Below, in pieces: positions 41,086-52,475 of a stretch of DNA of 64,000 nucleotides. Source of the DNA: Octopus bimaculoides. Taxonomy: Eukaryota. The number at the start of each line of letters is the position of its first letter. The stretch's first letter is position 1. Below the pieces are notes generated by a model, which saw only the letters and a program-made list of their open reading frames with translations, was not told where the DNA came from and ran no database searches. The stretch spans positions 51,966,758-52,030,757 of the forward strand of contig NC_068999.1 of NCBI RefSeq assembly GCF_001194135.2, read 5' to 3'. Both the position numbers and the translations under genes were made by a program.

Positions 41086-42339
41086 TTTATGTGGTCCACA
41101 TGCCATATTTTAATGGAGGTGATAATAGAATTTCTTTTCTTTCCCTTTTTTTGTTTTTGTTTTCCTTTTATTCTTAACCATATTTTATTTTGCATGCTAC
41201 ATTTATTTTGTTCACAAATATAACCAATATTTCAAAGACAGAGATTGATTACAAAATTAAAATTTTCTAGAATTTTTTTTTTTTTCCCCATTAAGATATT
41301 TCCAAACTTTAGTCATATGAATATGTTTTTGTTTTTTTTCCCTTTTTGACATTATCACTAAAACACACACATGCATGCATGCACACGCACACACACACAC
41401 ACACGCACGCACACACACACACACACACACACATCATACTATGAATCATTCATCAATATTCAATGTATGTATGCAAATATTACACTTCGCAATTTTTCTA
41501 CCTTTCAGGTTTTCCAAAATATGGTTTTCATAATCTATTGGTTTTCTTTCAATCCATTCAAGCATGCGCCTAAACATTTGATGTGTTGCTATTACAAATT
41601 TGCTAACTACTATTTGAGATCTGTTAACATGAAACACTTTTTATTTCTATGTATACATTAAATACATTAAATGAGCTATTTCTCTCTCTCTCACTCTCTC
41701 TAATAATNNNNNNNNNNNNNNNNNNNNNNNNNNNNNNNNNNNNNNNNNNNNNNNNNNNNNNNNNNNNNNNNNNNNNNNNNNNNNNNNNNNNNNNNNNNNN
41801 NNNNNNNNNNNNNNNNNNNNNNNNNNNNNNNNNNNNNNNNNNNNNNNNNNNNNNNNNNNNNNNNNNNNNNNNNNNNNNNNNNNNNNNNNNNNNNNNNNNN
41901 NNNNNNNNNNNNNNNNNNNNNNNNNNNNNNNNNNNNNNNNNNNNNNNNNNNNNNNNNNNNNNNNNNNNNNNNNNNNNNNNNNNNNNNNNNNNNNNNNNNN
42001 NNNNNNNNNNNNNNNNNNNNNNNNNNNNNNNNNNNNNNNNNNNNNNNNNNNNNNNNNNNNNNNNNNNNNNNNNNNNNNNNNNNNNNNNNNNNNNNNNNNN
42101 NNNNNNNNNNNNNNNNNNNNNNNNNNNNNNNNNNNNNNNTATATATATATATACACATGCACACATACACAATACACACACACACATTTATATATATATA
42201 TATATATATATGCTTAAAAGTTCAGTATTAAACAAAATATCTGGTAGTATTTTAATTCTTCTCTATTACAATCTTTTGTTCCCAGTCAACTTTTTCTCTC
42301 ATCCTATTCTGAGATCAACAAACTGACTTCAACTTTTCA

Positions 42340-42613
42340 AAGTCTCATGAGTGGATTTGGTAGATGGGAAGTGCAAGAAGCCAGTCATGCGTGTGTGTGT
42401 GTGTGTGTGTTTGTCCTTCACCACCGCTAGACAAATAGCGTTGGTGTGTTTACATACCCATAACTTAGCAGTTCAGCAAAGGAAATCAAAAGAATAAATA
42501 CCAAGCTTTAAAATAAAAAAGTGTTCGGGGTTGATCCATTTGACTAAAAGTTCTTCAAGGCAGTACCCCAGCATGACCGCAGTCTAATGACTGAAACAAG
42601 TAAAAGATAAAAG
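42340..42613 (+). mobile_element. Family A SINE, 5'-truncated
   Basis: GTGGATTTGGTAGATGG through GAAACAAGTAAAAGATA. Confidence 0.72.
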
Positions 42614-42768
42614 ATGTGTTTCATTAATGGAAGTGTTTGATTTGCAATGTATTACTTTTCATCATCAAACCATCAACTACTTTATAGCAGATTAATAGAG
42701 GTATGGAATCTATGGACACCTAATTCTGTAGTAAAACCAATGTATCTATCACTCTGTTATAAAGTGGC

Positions 42769-42997
42769 TTAACTCTTTAGCATTTAAACTGGCCATATTC
42801 AGCCAAAATTTTCTACCTGTTCTATGTACAAACAGGTTAGATACAGACTCTCACACCTACCCTACAATGTCATTCTAATAATAAACAATCACATCATTGA
42901 AATCTCAAAGTTGTGAGATAATGCTTAATTAATTTTTTTTAATTGTGAATAAATGAGCATTACATTTGACAGAACAATCTAAATGCTAAAGGATTAA
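42769..42997. mobile_element. piggyBac-like MITE
   Basis: TTAA at both ends; TIRs CTCTTTAGCATTTA / TAAATGCTAAAGGA. Confidence 0.7.
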
Positions 42998-43845
42998 GGT
43001 AATTTTATAAATTATACAATTTCTGATGATCTGAAGATATATTCTAATTATGAAGTAATAATCCATATAACATATTTTCATAAATGAAACACATGAAAGA
43101 ATGCATTAAATAAATGTAAAATCTCCATTCTTGTTTCATGTTCAGAACAAGATCTCAGATCGCCAAACTAGTACTACACCAAAATATGAATTATATAACT
43201 TGAGGAAAAAAAATTTCCCAAAATCTCTTAACACTGAAATTTGCCTAGTTTTTGTGGTGGATGAAATTTGTCATGCTGCCTCTCATCACACATATTGTGT
43301 CTAAACCAACCTAGGATCCCACATTAATTACTGTACTCAGTCTTTTCTACTCAGAACATCGACCCACTGGAATTCCCTTCTCCCTGTTCATATCTTTCCC
43401 ACAGATGTTGACTCACAAAGATTCAGGTGAAACACTAATAGCAACAATCTCACCAGTCGAGGGACACCTCGTCAAGGCCCAGGAATTAAAAACAAATATT
43501 CATGTAAGAGTACAAAGGAATGAAAATAGAACTTAACACATTTTATGGGAGCTAAAAGTGTTTAAGTTGACTCTATCCTGCTTTACTCAGAATTTTGTTT
43601 AGTTCATCAGATGTCCAGCGACTAACGGAGAAGAGATTAAAATAACTTCTAAGTGAGAATATTTGGGGCTCTCCTATTGGTTAGTTCATGTCACATGGCT
43701 GAAAGAACAACACCATATATTGTTTATACATGTATGTATATTTTGATTTACTAACGTTGTTGTATTTATGTATGCAATTTAAATGAAAATTGATGAATTC
43801 CTAATAAGTTTACATGTGATATTAAACAATTTCCTGGACTTGGTA

Positions 43846-43856
43846 TTTTCCTTGAC
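43846..43856 (+). promoter_or_regulatory. U12-type branch point TTTTCCTTGAC (branch A 43855)
   Basis: Matches the TTCCTTRAC consensus, 16 nt from the 3' splice site; it is the only full match I noticed in the intron. Confidence 0.82.
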
Positions 43857-43871
43857 CTAGCTTTTTTCCAG

Positions 43872-43939
43872 ATATTGAACTCAAGCCTCCAGAACCAAGT
43901 GTTGATCCATCAGACCCAGATGCAGGATGTTCGTGCTAA
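43872..43939 (+). CDS. Rab6: Rab6 terminal coding exon (N-IELKPPEPSVDPSDPDAGCSC-stop), CXC geranylgeranylation motif
   Basis: CTTTTTTCCAG acceptor; the phase 1 join A|AT ATT GAA CTC AAG gives NIELK, aligning to vertebrate MIDIK; ends GGA TGT TCG TGC TAA, matching the Rab6 GCSC terminus. Confidence 0.88.
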
Positions 43940-43969
43940 TATATACATATATATATATATGTGTGTGTG

Positions 43970-44019
<50 letters not shown>

Positions 44020-45573
44020 NNNNNNNNNNNNNNNNNNNNNNNNNNNNNNNNNNNNNNNNNNNNNNNNNNNNNNNNNNNNNNNNNNNNNNNNNNNNNNNNN
44101 NNNNNNNNNNNNNNNNNNNNNNNNNNNNNNNNNNNNNNNNNNNNNNNNNNNNNNNNNNNNNNNNNNNNNNNNNNNNNNNNNNNNNNNNNNNNNNNNNNNN
44201 NNNNNNNNNNNNNNNNNNNNNNNNNNNNNNNNNNNNNNNNNNNNNNNNNNNNNNNNNNNNNNNNNNNNNNNNNNNNNNNNNNNNNNNNNNNNNNNNNNNN
44301 NNNNNNNNNNNNNNNNNNNNNNNNNNNNNNNNNNNNNNNNNNNNNNNNNNNNNNNNNNNNNNNNNNNNNNNNNNNNNNNNNNNNNNNNNNNNNNNNNNNN
44401 NNNNNNNNNNNNNNNNNNNNNNNNNNNNNNNNNNNNNNNNNNNNNNNNNNNNNNNNNNNNNNNNNNNNNNNNNNNNNNNNNNNNNNNNNNNNNNNNNNNN
44501 NNNNNNNNNNNNNNNNNNNNNNNNNNNNNNNNNNNNNNNNNNNNNNNNNNNNNNNNNNNNNNNNNNNNNNNNNNNNNNNNNNNNNNNNNNNNNNNNNNNN
44601 NNNNNNNNNNNNNNNNNNNNNNNNNNNNNNNNNNNATATATATATATATATATATATACATACATGTATGTATGTGTATGTATTTATATATATTTTTCCA
44701 ATCACATACGAAAAGCAAACATGTACATGGGCACAATATTGGTGGTTGTGGTTGATGTGGCTGGTGAGATATTTACAGTGGAATGCTGATAACGTTTATT
44801 GCTGCTTTTTACCTCCTGCTAATAGATGCAGCTACACTAATTCCTTGATAATATTCTCCACTCTGCCTGAACACCAAGCTCTCTTCCAAATTCTCTTGCT
44901 AATATTTTTTTCTCTCTCACTCCTTCACTCTTTCTCTTTCTCTTTTTCTATGCACACACATATATACATATATATACATGCATATATATACATGCATATA
45001 TATACACACATATATACATGCATAGTACATAGAGAGTATGGTTGAATCAGAAGACACTATATTGTAAGGTTTGTATTTCTTAAGGAAAGGCCCGCCTTTC
45101 TGTTGTTGTCTACCCAAGAGTAAAACCTAGAACAGAGGCATCAGAACGTCAGTTCTAAATCATCATTTCACCCACAAACATACACACACACATGCACACA
45201 CATACACACATACATGCACCCACACAATGCACAAATGCTTTATACAATGGGATTGAACGTCCCATATTTCCCTGACATTTTCCATGTGTCCATAATCATC
45301 ACCACCATTGCTGTCATTGTCACTGCCACAACCAACACCACCAGCACCAACAGCATTACTTCATTATAGGTACCATTTCCACTATATCTGCTTGATGTTA
45401 ATGATGTTAGTACTGAATACAGGGGCGGGGGAGGCCTTGCATTGTGGTTGTCTGTATTTTTGCTTTGGGTTTGTTAACAGTATACCCATAATGGTAGCTG
45501 TATGTGCATATCTATATGAATGTATTTGTATTATATATATATATATATATTAATGTTTGTTTTTAATGCTAAT

Positions 45574-45829
45574 TTATAATAAAAACAATTTTACACTAAT
45601 TTGATGGGTTACTCCATACTTTTGTAGAGTACAAATTTATTAGTCTTATACAAAAATCTTGTTGATAGTGACTTCGAAATTTTGGCCAGCTAAGTCATCC
45701 GGTAATGGCTTAGCTGGCTGAAACTTCGAAGTCACTGTCAACAACATTCTTGTTTAAGAATAACAAATTTCTACTCTACAGACATATAGAATAATCCATC
45801 AGGTTAATGTAAAATTGCTTTTATTATAA
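45574..45829. repeat. Long imperfect palindrome (fold-back MITE-like)
   Basis: Core 45661-45742 pairs almost completely; the outer arms pair with mismatches. Confidence 0.8.
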
Positions 45830-45859
45830 CTGAACATAAAAATAAGCACACACACACAG

Positions 45860-46022
45860 AACAGGCTTCTTCCAGTTTCCATCTATCATATCCACTCACA
45901 TGGATGTGGTCAGCCCAAAGCTATAGCAGAAGACACTTGATCCATGTTCTGCACAGTAGAATTGAACCCGAAACCACATTGTTAGGAAGCAAGCTTCTTA
46001 ACCACACAGCCATGCCTGTGCC
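45860..46022 (-). mobile_element. Family A SINE head and core
   Basis: Reverse complement match to the family A head. Confidence 0.72.
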
Positions 46023-46372
46023 AACCACATATAATATNNNNNNNNNNATATATATGTATGTATCTGTTTATAATATGCTCTTGATGCAACTTCTCAACCC
46101 ACACCCCACCCCATCCTGTCCCATCCTTCAGATAATAAGATAATAATTTATAATCATTAATTTATCATAATTTCTAATGTATTGTGTATATGTGTGTGCC
46201 TTTATATATAAAATAGAAAAGATAACCATTTTATAAAGACACTAGCATTACAACAGTATTCTTTAAATTTGTAATAGTTCAAAACAGTCTTTTATTTCAA
46301 TGTCTTTTAATGTATATTTTGTTTCTGTTGTTGTTGTCATTGTTGTTGTTATTATTATTATTATTATCATTA

Positions 46373-46728
46373 TTAAAGCAGCAAGCTGGCGGAATCCTCA
46401 GCATTTCTTCCAGTTTTATGTTATGAGCTCAAATTCCGCCAATTTGGGAGTCAATAAAATAAGTACCAGTTGAGCACTGAGGTCAATGTAATCGACTATC
46501 CCCCTCCCCCAAAATTGCTGGCCTTGTGCCAAAATTTGAAAGCAATATTATTATTATTGTTGTTATGGGTTTGGTAAAGCATTGGAAAAATACCTTGCAG
46601 TATGTCTTCTGGCTCTTACATATGTCCCTGAGATCAATTTTGCTTTTGCTTTTCGTCCCTCAATAGTTGATAATAAAATAAAGTACCAGTCAAGTACCGC
46701 AATTGGTATATCAACTAACCCTCCCTCC
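46373..46728 (+). mobile_element. Tandem family B SINE dimer
   Basis: Two units separated by (ATT)n. Confidence 0.72.
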
Positions 46729-48281
46729 NNNNNNNNNNNNNNNNNNNNNNNNNNNNNNNNNNNNNNNNNNNNNNNNNNNNNNNNNNNNNNNNNNNNNNNN
46801 NNNNNNNNNNNNNNNNNNNNNNNNNNNNNNNNNNNNNNNNNNNNNNNNNNNNNNNNNNNNNNNNNNNNNNNNNNNNNATGTTAGAAACAATTATTATTTT
46901 TGCTGTTATTTGTTCCTTTCTTGTTGCCCTTTTCTTTTGTGATATACTGTCTCGATGATATTTGGGAATTGTGTCAAATGGGTCCTTTAGGGTGGGCATG
47001 TAAGGAATTAGATTAGCCAGAAACTGGCTAGTGTTGTTTCCATAGATTTGGCTCTTTGCTTTGTTTTTGTTCTGTTTTTTTGTTGTTGTTGTTTTGGTGG
47101 GGTGGTGTTTTGTTTGTTTTTTGTTGTTTTTTTAAATTATTCTACTTATTACTTTGTTTCAAATAGTTCCTCCTTCACCTGCATACATCAAGCATGAATA
47201 CCCTTTAGATTTGCTGCAGATTCTTATATAAATTTCTATATTTTTTCTTTTTTTTCTTTATTTAGCTGTCTCCTTATATTTTAAAACTAGGTATATAATA
47301 AAAAATTTACCTGTATCATTTTCTTTTCTTTTCTTTTTTTTTTCCAAAGTATATTCTTGCTTAGATTTTTGTCTCTGCTGTCAGGAAAATATAAATCTGT
47401 TTCTGTAACTTCTGTAACACTTTCATGTATCTTAATTAACCAGTTCCTATTGTTTTATGTCATTCAATACATATAACAAACCTGACCAAATAGCAACATA
47501 TTTTAGATTCTTATACAATATTTTAAAAAGAAACTCAACTTTTTGTCAACTTTATTTGATTGATTGAGAAGTTACCGGTTGAAAGTATGGTAGTTTTAGA
47601 TATTTTTCATTTATTTATTTATTTTTTTTTTCAACAAACATAAGAGTTGGTCAAATTGAATTCAAATTTCATATTTGTGTGTGTTATCTGCATACACAAA
47701 CGTTTGCCTACCGACTAATCCAAGACAATCAGAAACATTTTGGCATAAGAATATGAAAGTTTCTTATGTTCTGGGAATTATTATCTACTTATTTAAAGCA
47801 TATAGACAGCTAATGTAAATTATGCCAAAGGAAAGCATTTTGAAATTAAAAAAAAATAAAACTGAGTGATCATAACTTTAATACAAGGGGAATCTTTAAG
47901 GCCTGTAGAATACAAACCTGCCTATCTACTTACACACACACACATGCACACACACACACACACGCACACACGCACATTCACATGCATATACATATGACGT
48001 TGAGCGGTATAGTACTGCTTATAGCATAAAACTGGTCAGAATGTTACCAGTGGTTTCATGTTGACTATTGCACTTGGCAATATTGATAACTTGTCAGCCA
48101 TGTGTGTAACTGACAGTAACTTTGTAATAAGGTATATACTATAACAGAGTACTTATACTGCTCGACTAATATATGTGTGTGTGTGTGTGTGTGTGTANNN
48201 NNNNNNNNNNNNNTGTATACATATATATATGTATGTGTGTGTGTATATGTATATATGTACATGTATATATGTATATATACA

Positions 48282-48325
<44 letters not shown>

Positions 48326-48381
48326 CACACACACGCACATATATATACACATATATATGTATATATATACATATATATATA

Positions 48382-48428
<47 letters not shown>

Positions 48429-49509
48429 TCTAGTTTTTCATTACAATATCTTTTTCCCTTCTTTAATATTCCTACTTTCTCTGCCCAGAATTTGCCTTTA
48501 TTTAAATACAGTGATGATACATGCTTCTCTCTTAATTGCCATTGTATTTCCAATGGAACGAGGTTTCTTCAGAAGCAGATTTATTGAAATTACAATTGTG
48601 CAATTTCTAATTCGTTATGAATAATAAATATTGGTTCTGATATGTTTTGCTTTTTATTCAAAGCATAACCAAAATTATTTTTTCAATGATGCTATTTTTT
48701 TTTTCCTTCTCTATAAGCATTGATTTTATTTAGTCTTGCAATTGTTTTATTTCATTTTTTTTTCTCATATCATATCTATATTATTTTGAAAAGACTATCA
48801 ATATTTATTTTACATTTCTGAAAATGTGGTTAACTGTGTTGGCCTGAAAAGTTAACACTTTAAACCTGATACAACACTTGTTACTTACAGTTTTACTTAG
48901 AAAACAAGTAATAAATCATTATGAAAAAAAATGAACTAACCTTGAAAATAATGTTTGCATGTATTTCAAAATAAATAATCATAAACCGTTGTTATTATGT
49001 CCTATAATATCTCTTGGATGTTCAGTTTTGACTTTTGTACAGAGCTGTTTGAATTTAGTTTCATGTGTTCTTTTTTGTTTTGTTTTGTTTCTCTTTTTGT
49101 TTTTTTTTGTTTTTTTGGAAACTATGTGAAAATCATTTATGAAATAAAAGAGGCTTACTTAAATTTTGCATGGAAAAAAAATGGGATACAAACTGTTTAT
49201 AACATCTCTTGTCTTGTTGCTTGAAAGAATATTTTTATGGCTCTTTCTCTCCAATAGAAACATAATTTTTGCTTCAAACCAGGTTACATTGTTTTATACT
49301 TTTTGAGTTTTTTTTTGTTATTTATTTTTATAAATATCTCTACTGTGTTTTTGTTTTTCTCTGAGTCTTGACTCTAACTCTATCTAACATTTAAGCTGAC
49401 AACCAAGTACAATGTCACAAAATAAAAGATTCTATGGAGAGTGATTCCATTGCTGATCAAAGATGACCTGATGAATAAGTTTATAAATAAAAACTGAAAA
49501 TTACATACA

Positions 49510-49543
<34 letters not shown>

Positions 49544-50012
49544 TGAACACACACATACACACACATATATACACACAAAATTAAGTATAGTATATATATT
49601 TATATATACATGTGTGTGTGTTATACATGTATATATGTATATATGCATACACATGTATGTTTGTGTGTGTATTATATATTATGTATATATGTATGACTCA
49701 TGCAAGAGATGATAAAGTGCATGTTAAATGATGATGAAGAGGATGATGATGTACATGTGTATACATACATATATACGTGTGCATGTATGTATATATACAT
49801 ATATGCATTATATATAATATATATATATACACATGTATGTATATATACTCACACACATTACATATATATATATTTATTTATATCATATACATTATACATG
49901 TATGTCGATTTGTTCGACTAAAGGCAGTGCTCCAGCATGGCTGCAGTCAAATGACTGAAACAAGTACAAGAGTATATATATATAAATGCATGTATGCAGG
50001 TATATACACACA

Positions 50013-50059
<47 letters not shown>

Positions 50060-50694
50060 CAGTAATTTTATTGTTAAGCAATGGAATCACAGAATTTCTT
50101 ACCCTATTTCTCAACTTTCTTCCCACCCATTTATCTTAAACAGCACATGCTTTTCAATTCTACAGTTAACCTGGCTGCTTCTCTATGTATATTCTGGCAA
50201 ATACAGGTATATACCTTATATATGTATATATATGTATGTATGTATATATATATCGATATCTAAATGTTGTGTATATAATATATATCAACACATATGTACA
50301 CATATATATATATATATATATCTGTGAGTGTATGTCTGTGTGTGCATGTGTGTGTATATACGTACATATATGAGTATATGTGCATGTATGTAAGCAAACA
50401 ATTTCTGAATAGATATATTTATTCAAAGTTTTTCATGAAATCTTTCTCTTGTAAAATTCTTTATTTAGAAATAAATTACAGAAAAGACACTAAAATAAAG
50501 AAAAGTTTCTTTTAGTTATTTTTTTTAAAAATGATTTATCTATCATTCATTTATAATCAAAGCATAAACGAAAACATACATATGTATATATAAATATATA
50601 TTGTATGTATGTATTCTTCCTACTTTTTCTAGTTTTCAGTCTGGGACTTCAACATACATATACCTTTGTATGTGTGTTATCAAATATCTATATG

Positions 50695-50728
<34 letters not shown>

Positions 50729-51544
50729 TCTTTATCATAATACAACAGTCCATTAAAAGTTATAAATACTGCTAATTTATTTCAAGGTATGTATTTCTTG
50801 ATATAATCAGTAATGTATTTCAACTTTTTTGCATACAATGGCTGAGATTCCTTATAAAAATTACCAAAGAGTTAGTTGAATTATCAGCCTCGTTTTATTT
50901 TTTTATCACTTTTAGTGCAATTACAGTGTAGTTACTTGGACAGTGGGGCCAATCAGTTGCGTATATATGTATGTGTTGACACACACATGCACATGCACAC
51001 ACACACACACACACATAAATGGCTTAGTGAGATGAGGCAGTTGTATGGATGTGATTTTACTCAGAGTAACTAAGGCTGATTAGAGGAAATGAAGCTGTCT
51101 TCATACTTGAGACTCAGTTCAAGTGCTTGCAACAGAGTAGACTCCATTATGAGCATCCATGTGATGGTATTGAACTAGACAATAAATTATATTTACTGTT
51201 TAAAAAGAAAAAAGAACAGTTCCTCTAGCCAGCTTGCACACTGTTTCTATTATGCAAATATCATTCGCAAGGCTTTTGTTGACCAAAATCTTTGGTTGAA
51301 GAAAGTTGCTCAAAATGCCATGGATTTACAAGGAGAACTTCTTACTCATGTAGCTATGACTTACACTATTGAGTGTACATATAAAGATAAGACATTTGTA
51401 GGCAGTGAAATGTTATCCTAATACAGTCATTGGCAAGGTAGCATGCTACAAGCATAAGGAGATATCCCAATAAAGGAAATTGCATGGTATTCTACTACGA
51501 ACAATGGATGATATTTTGATAAAGACAGTGATGAGACAGGGTCA

Positions 51545-51850
51545 GTAAAATGATGTCATTAGAAGTAGTGAAAAGATATCTTGACAGAGGCAGAAGAGAA
51601 ATACCTTGCTAGAGGAGAGTGGAAAAATATGCCACTAGAGGCAGTGAAAAGATATCCTGACAGAAGCAGTGAAGTGATATCCAGATAGATTCAATGAATA
51701 TGTGTCACTAGAGGCAGTGAGGTAATATCCAAATAGAAGTAGTGAAATGATATCCTAATAGAGGAAGTAAAAATGTCTTACTAGAAAAGATACACCACTG
51801 GAAGTGGTGAAAATATATCCCAAGAGAGGCAGTGAACAGATATTCTGTTT
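51545..51850 (+). repeat. Degenerate ~24 bp minisatellite
   Basis: About 12 variants of TAGAGGCAGTGAAAAGATATCC. Confidence 0.72.
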
Positions 51851-51974
51851 GTAATGTAATATAGATTATGACAAACATACACAGCTCATAGACCAATTAC
51901 TCTTTATCATTGCATTTTGAAATATTCATGGCATAATGATTTGTATCATTGTTTATAGTCTAGAAAAGATGATT

Positions 51975-52179
51975 GGATTGGTAGAACTAGTAGAACGTTG
52001 AAATAAATGCATTGTGATATTTAGTTACATCTCTTGTGTGTTCTGAGTTCAAATCCTGCCAGGGTTGATTTTCTATTTCATCCTTCCAAGATTGACTGAT
52101 AAAATATGCACCAGTCAATTACTGGAGTAAATTAGATCAACTTACCTCTTCCCTATAAATGTATAGCCTTGTGTCTGTT

Positions 52180-52180
<1 letters not shown>
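51975..52180 (+). mobile_element. Family B SINE
   Basis: TTCTGAGTTCAAATCCTGCC...TCATCCTTCC. Confidence 0.68.
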
Positions 52181-52220
<40 letters not shown>

Positions 52221-52333
52221 NNNNNNNNNNNNNNNNNNNNNNNNNNNNNNNNNNNNNNNNNNNNNNNNNNNNNNATATATATCCAGAAGAATCCCAAAGG
52301 AATCAAATGTAAGTTGCATAATTGTACATACGT

Positions 52334-52372
<39 letters not shown>

Positions 52373-52435
52373 CATTTCACTCCTCACAACAAATCAGCTC
52401 ACTGTCATTTATTTTTATTTACTACAGACATTTCC

Positions 52436-52475
<40 letters not shown>

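Larger units (their letters stand above)
3977..43871 (+). other. Rab6: Rab6 last intron, U12-type (GT-AG subtype), about 39.9 kb including gaps
   Basis: 5' GTATCCTT; branch site TTTTCCTTGAC at 43846-43856; AG at 43870-43871; in-frame join with a homologous junction. Confidence 0.8.

Noticed and set aside
43875-44789. ORF MNSSLQNQV... over the terminal exon
   Set aside because: Wrong frame; the Rab6 GCSC frame is offset and the ORF runs into (TA)n and a gap.
51545-51850. CRISPR-like repeat array
   Set aside because: Eukaryotic context, degenerate units and no unique spacers.
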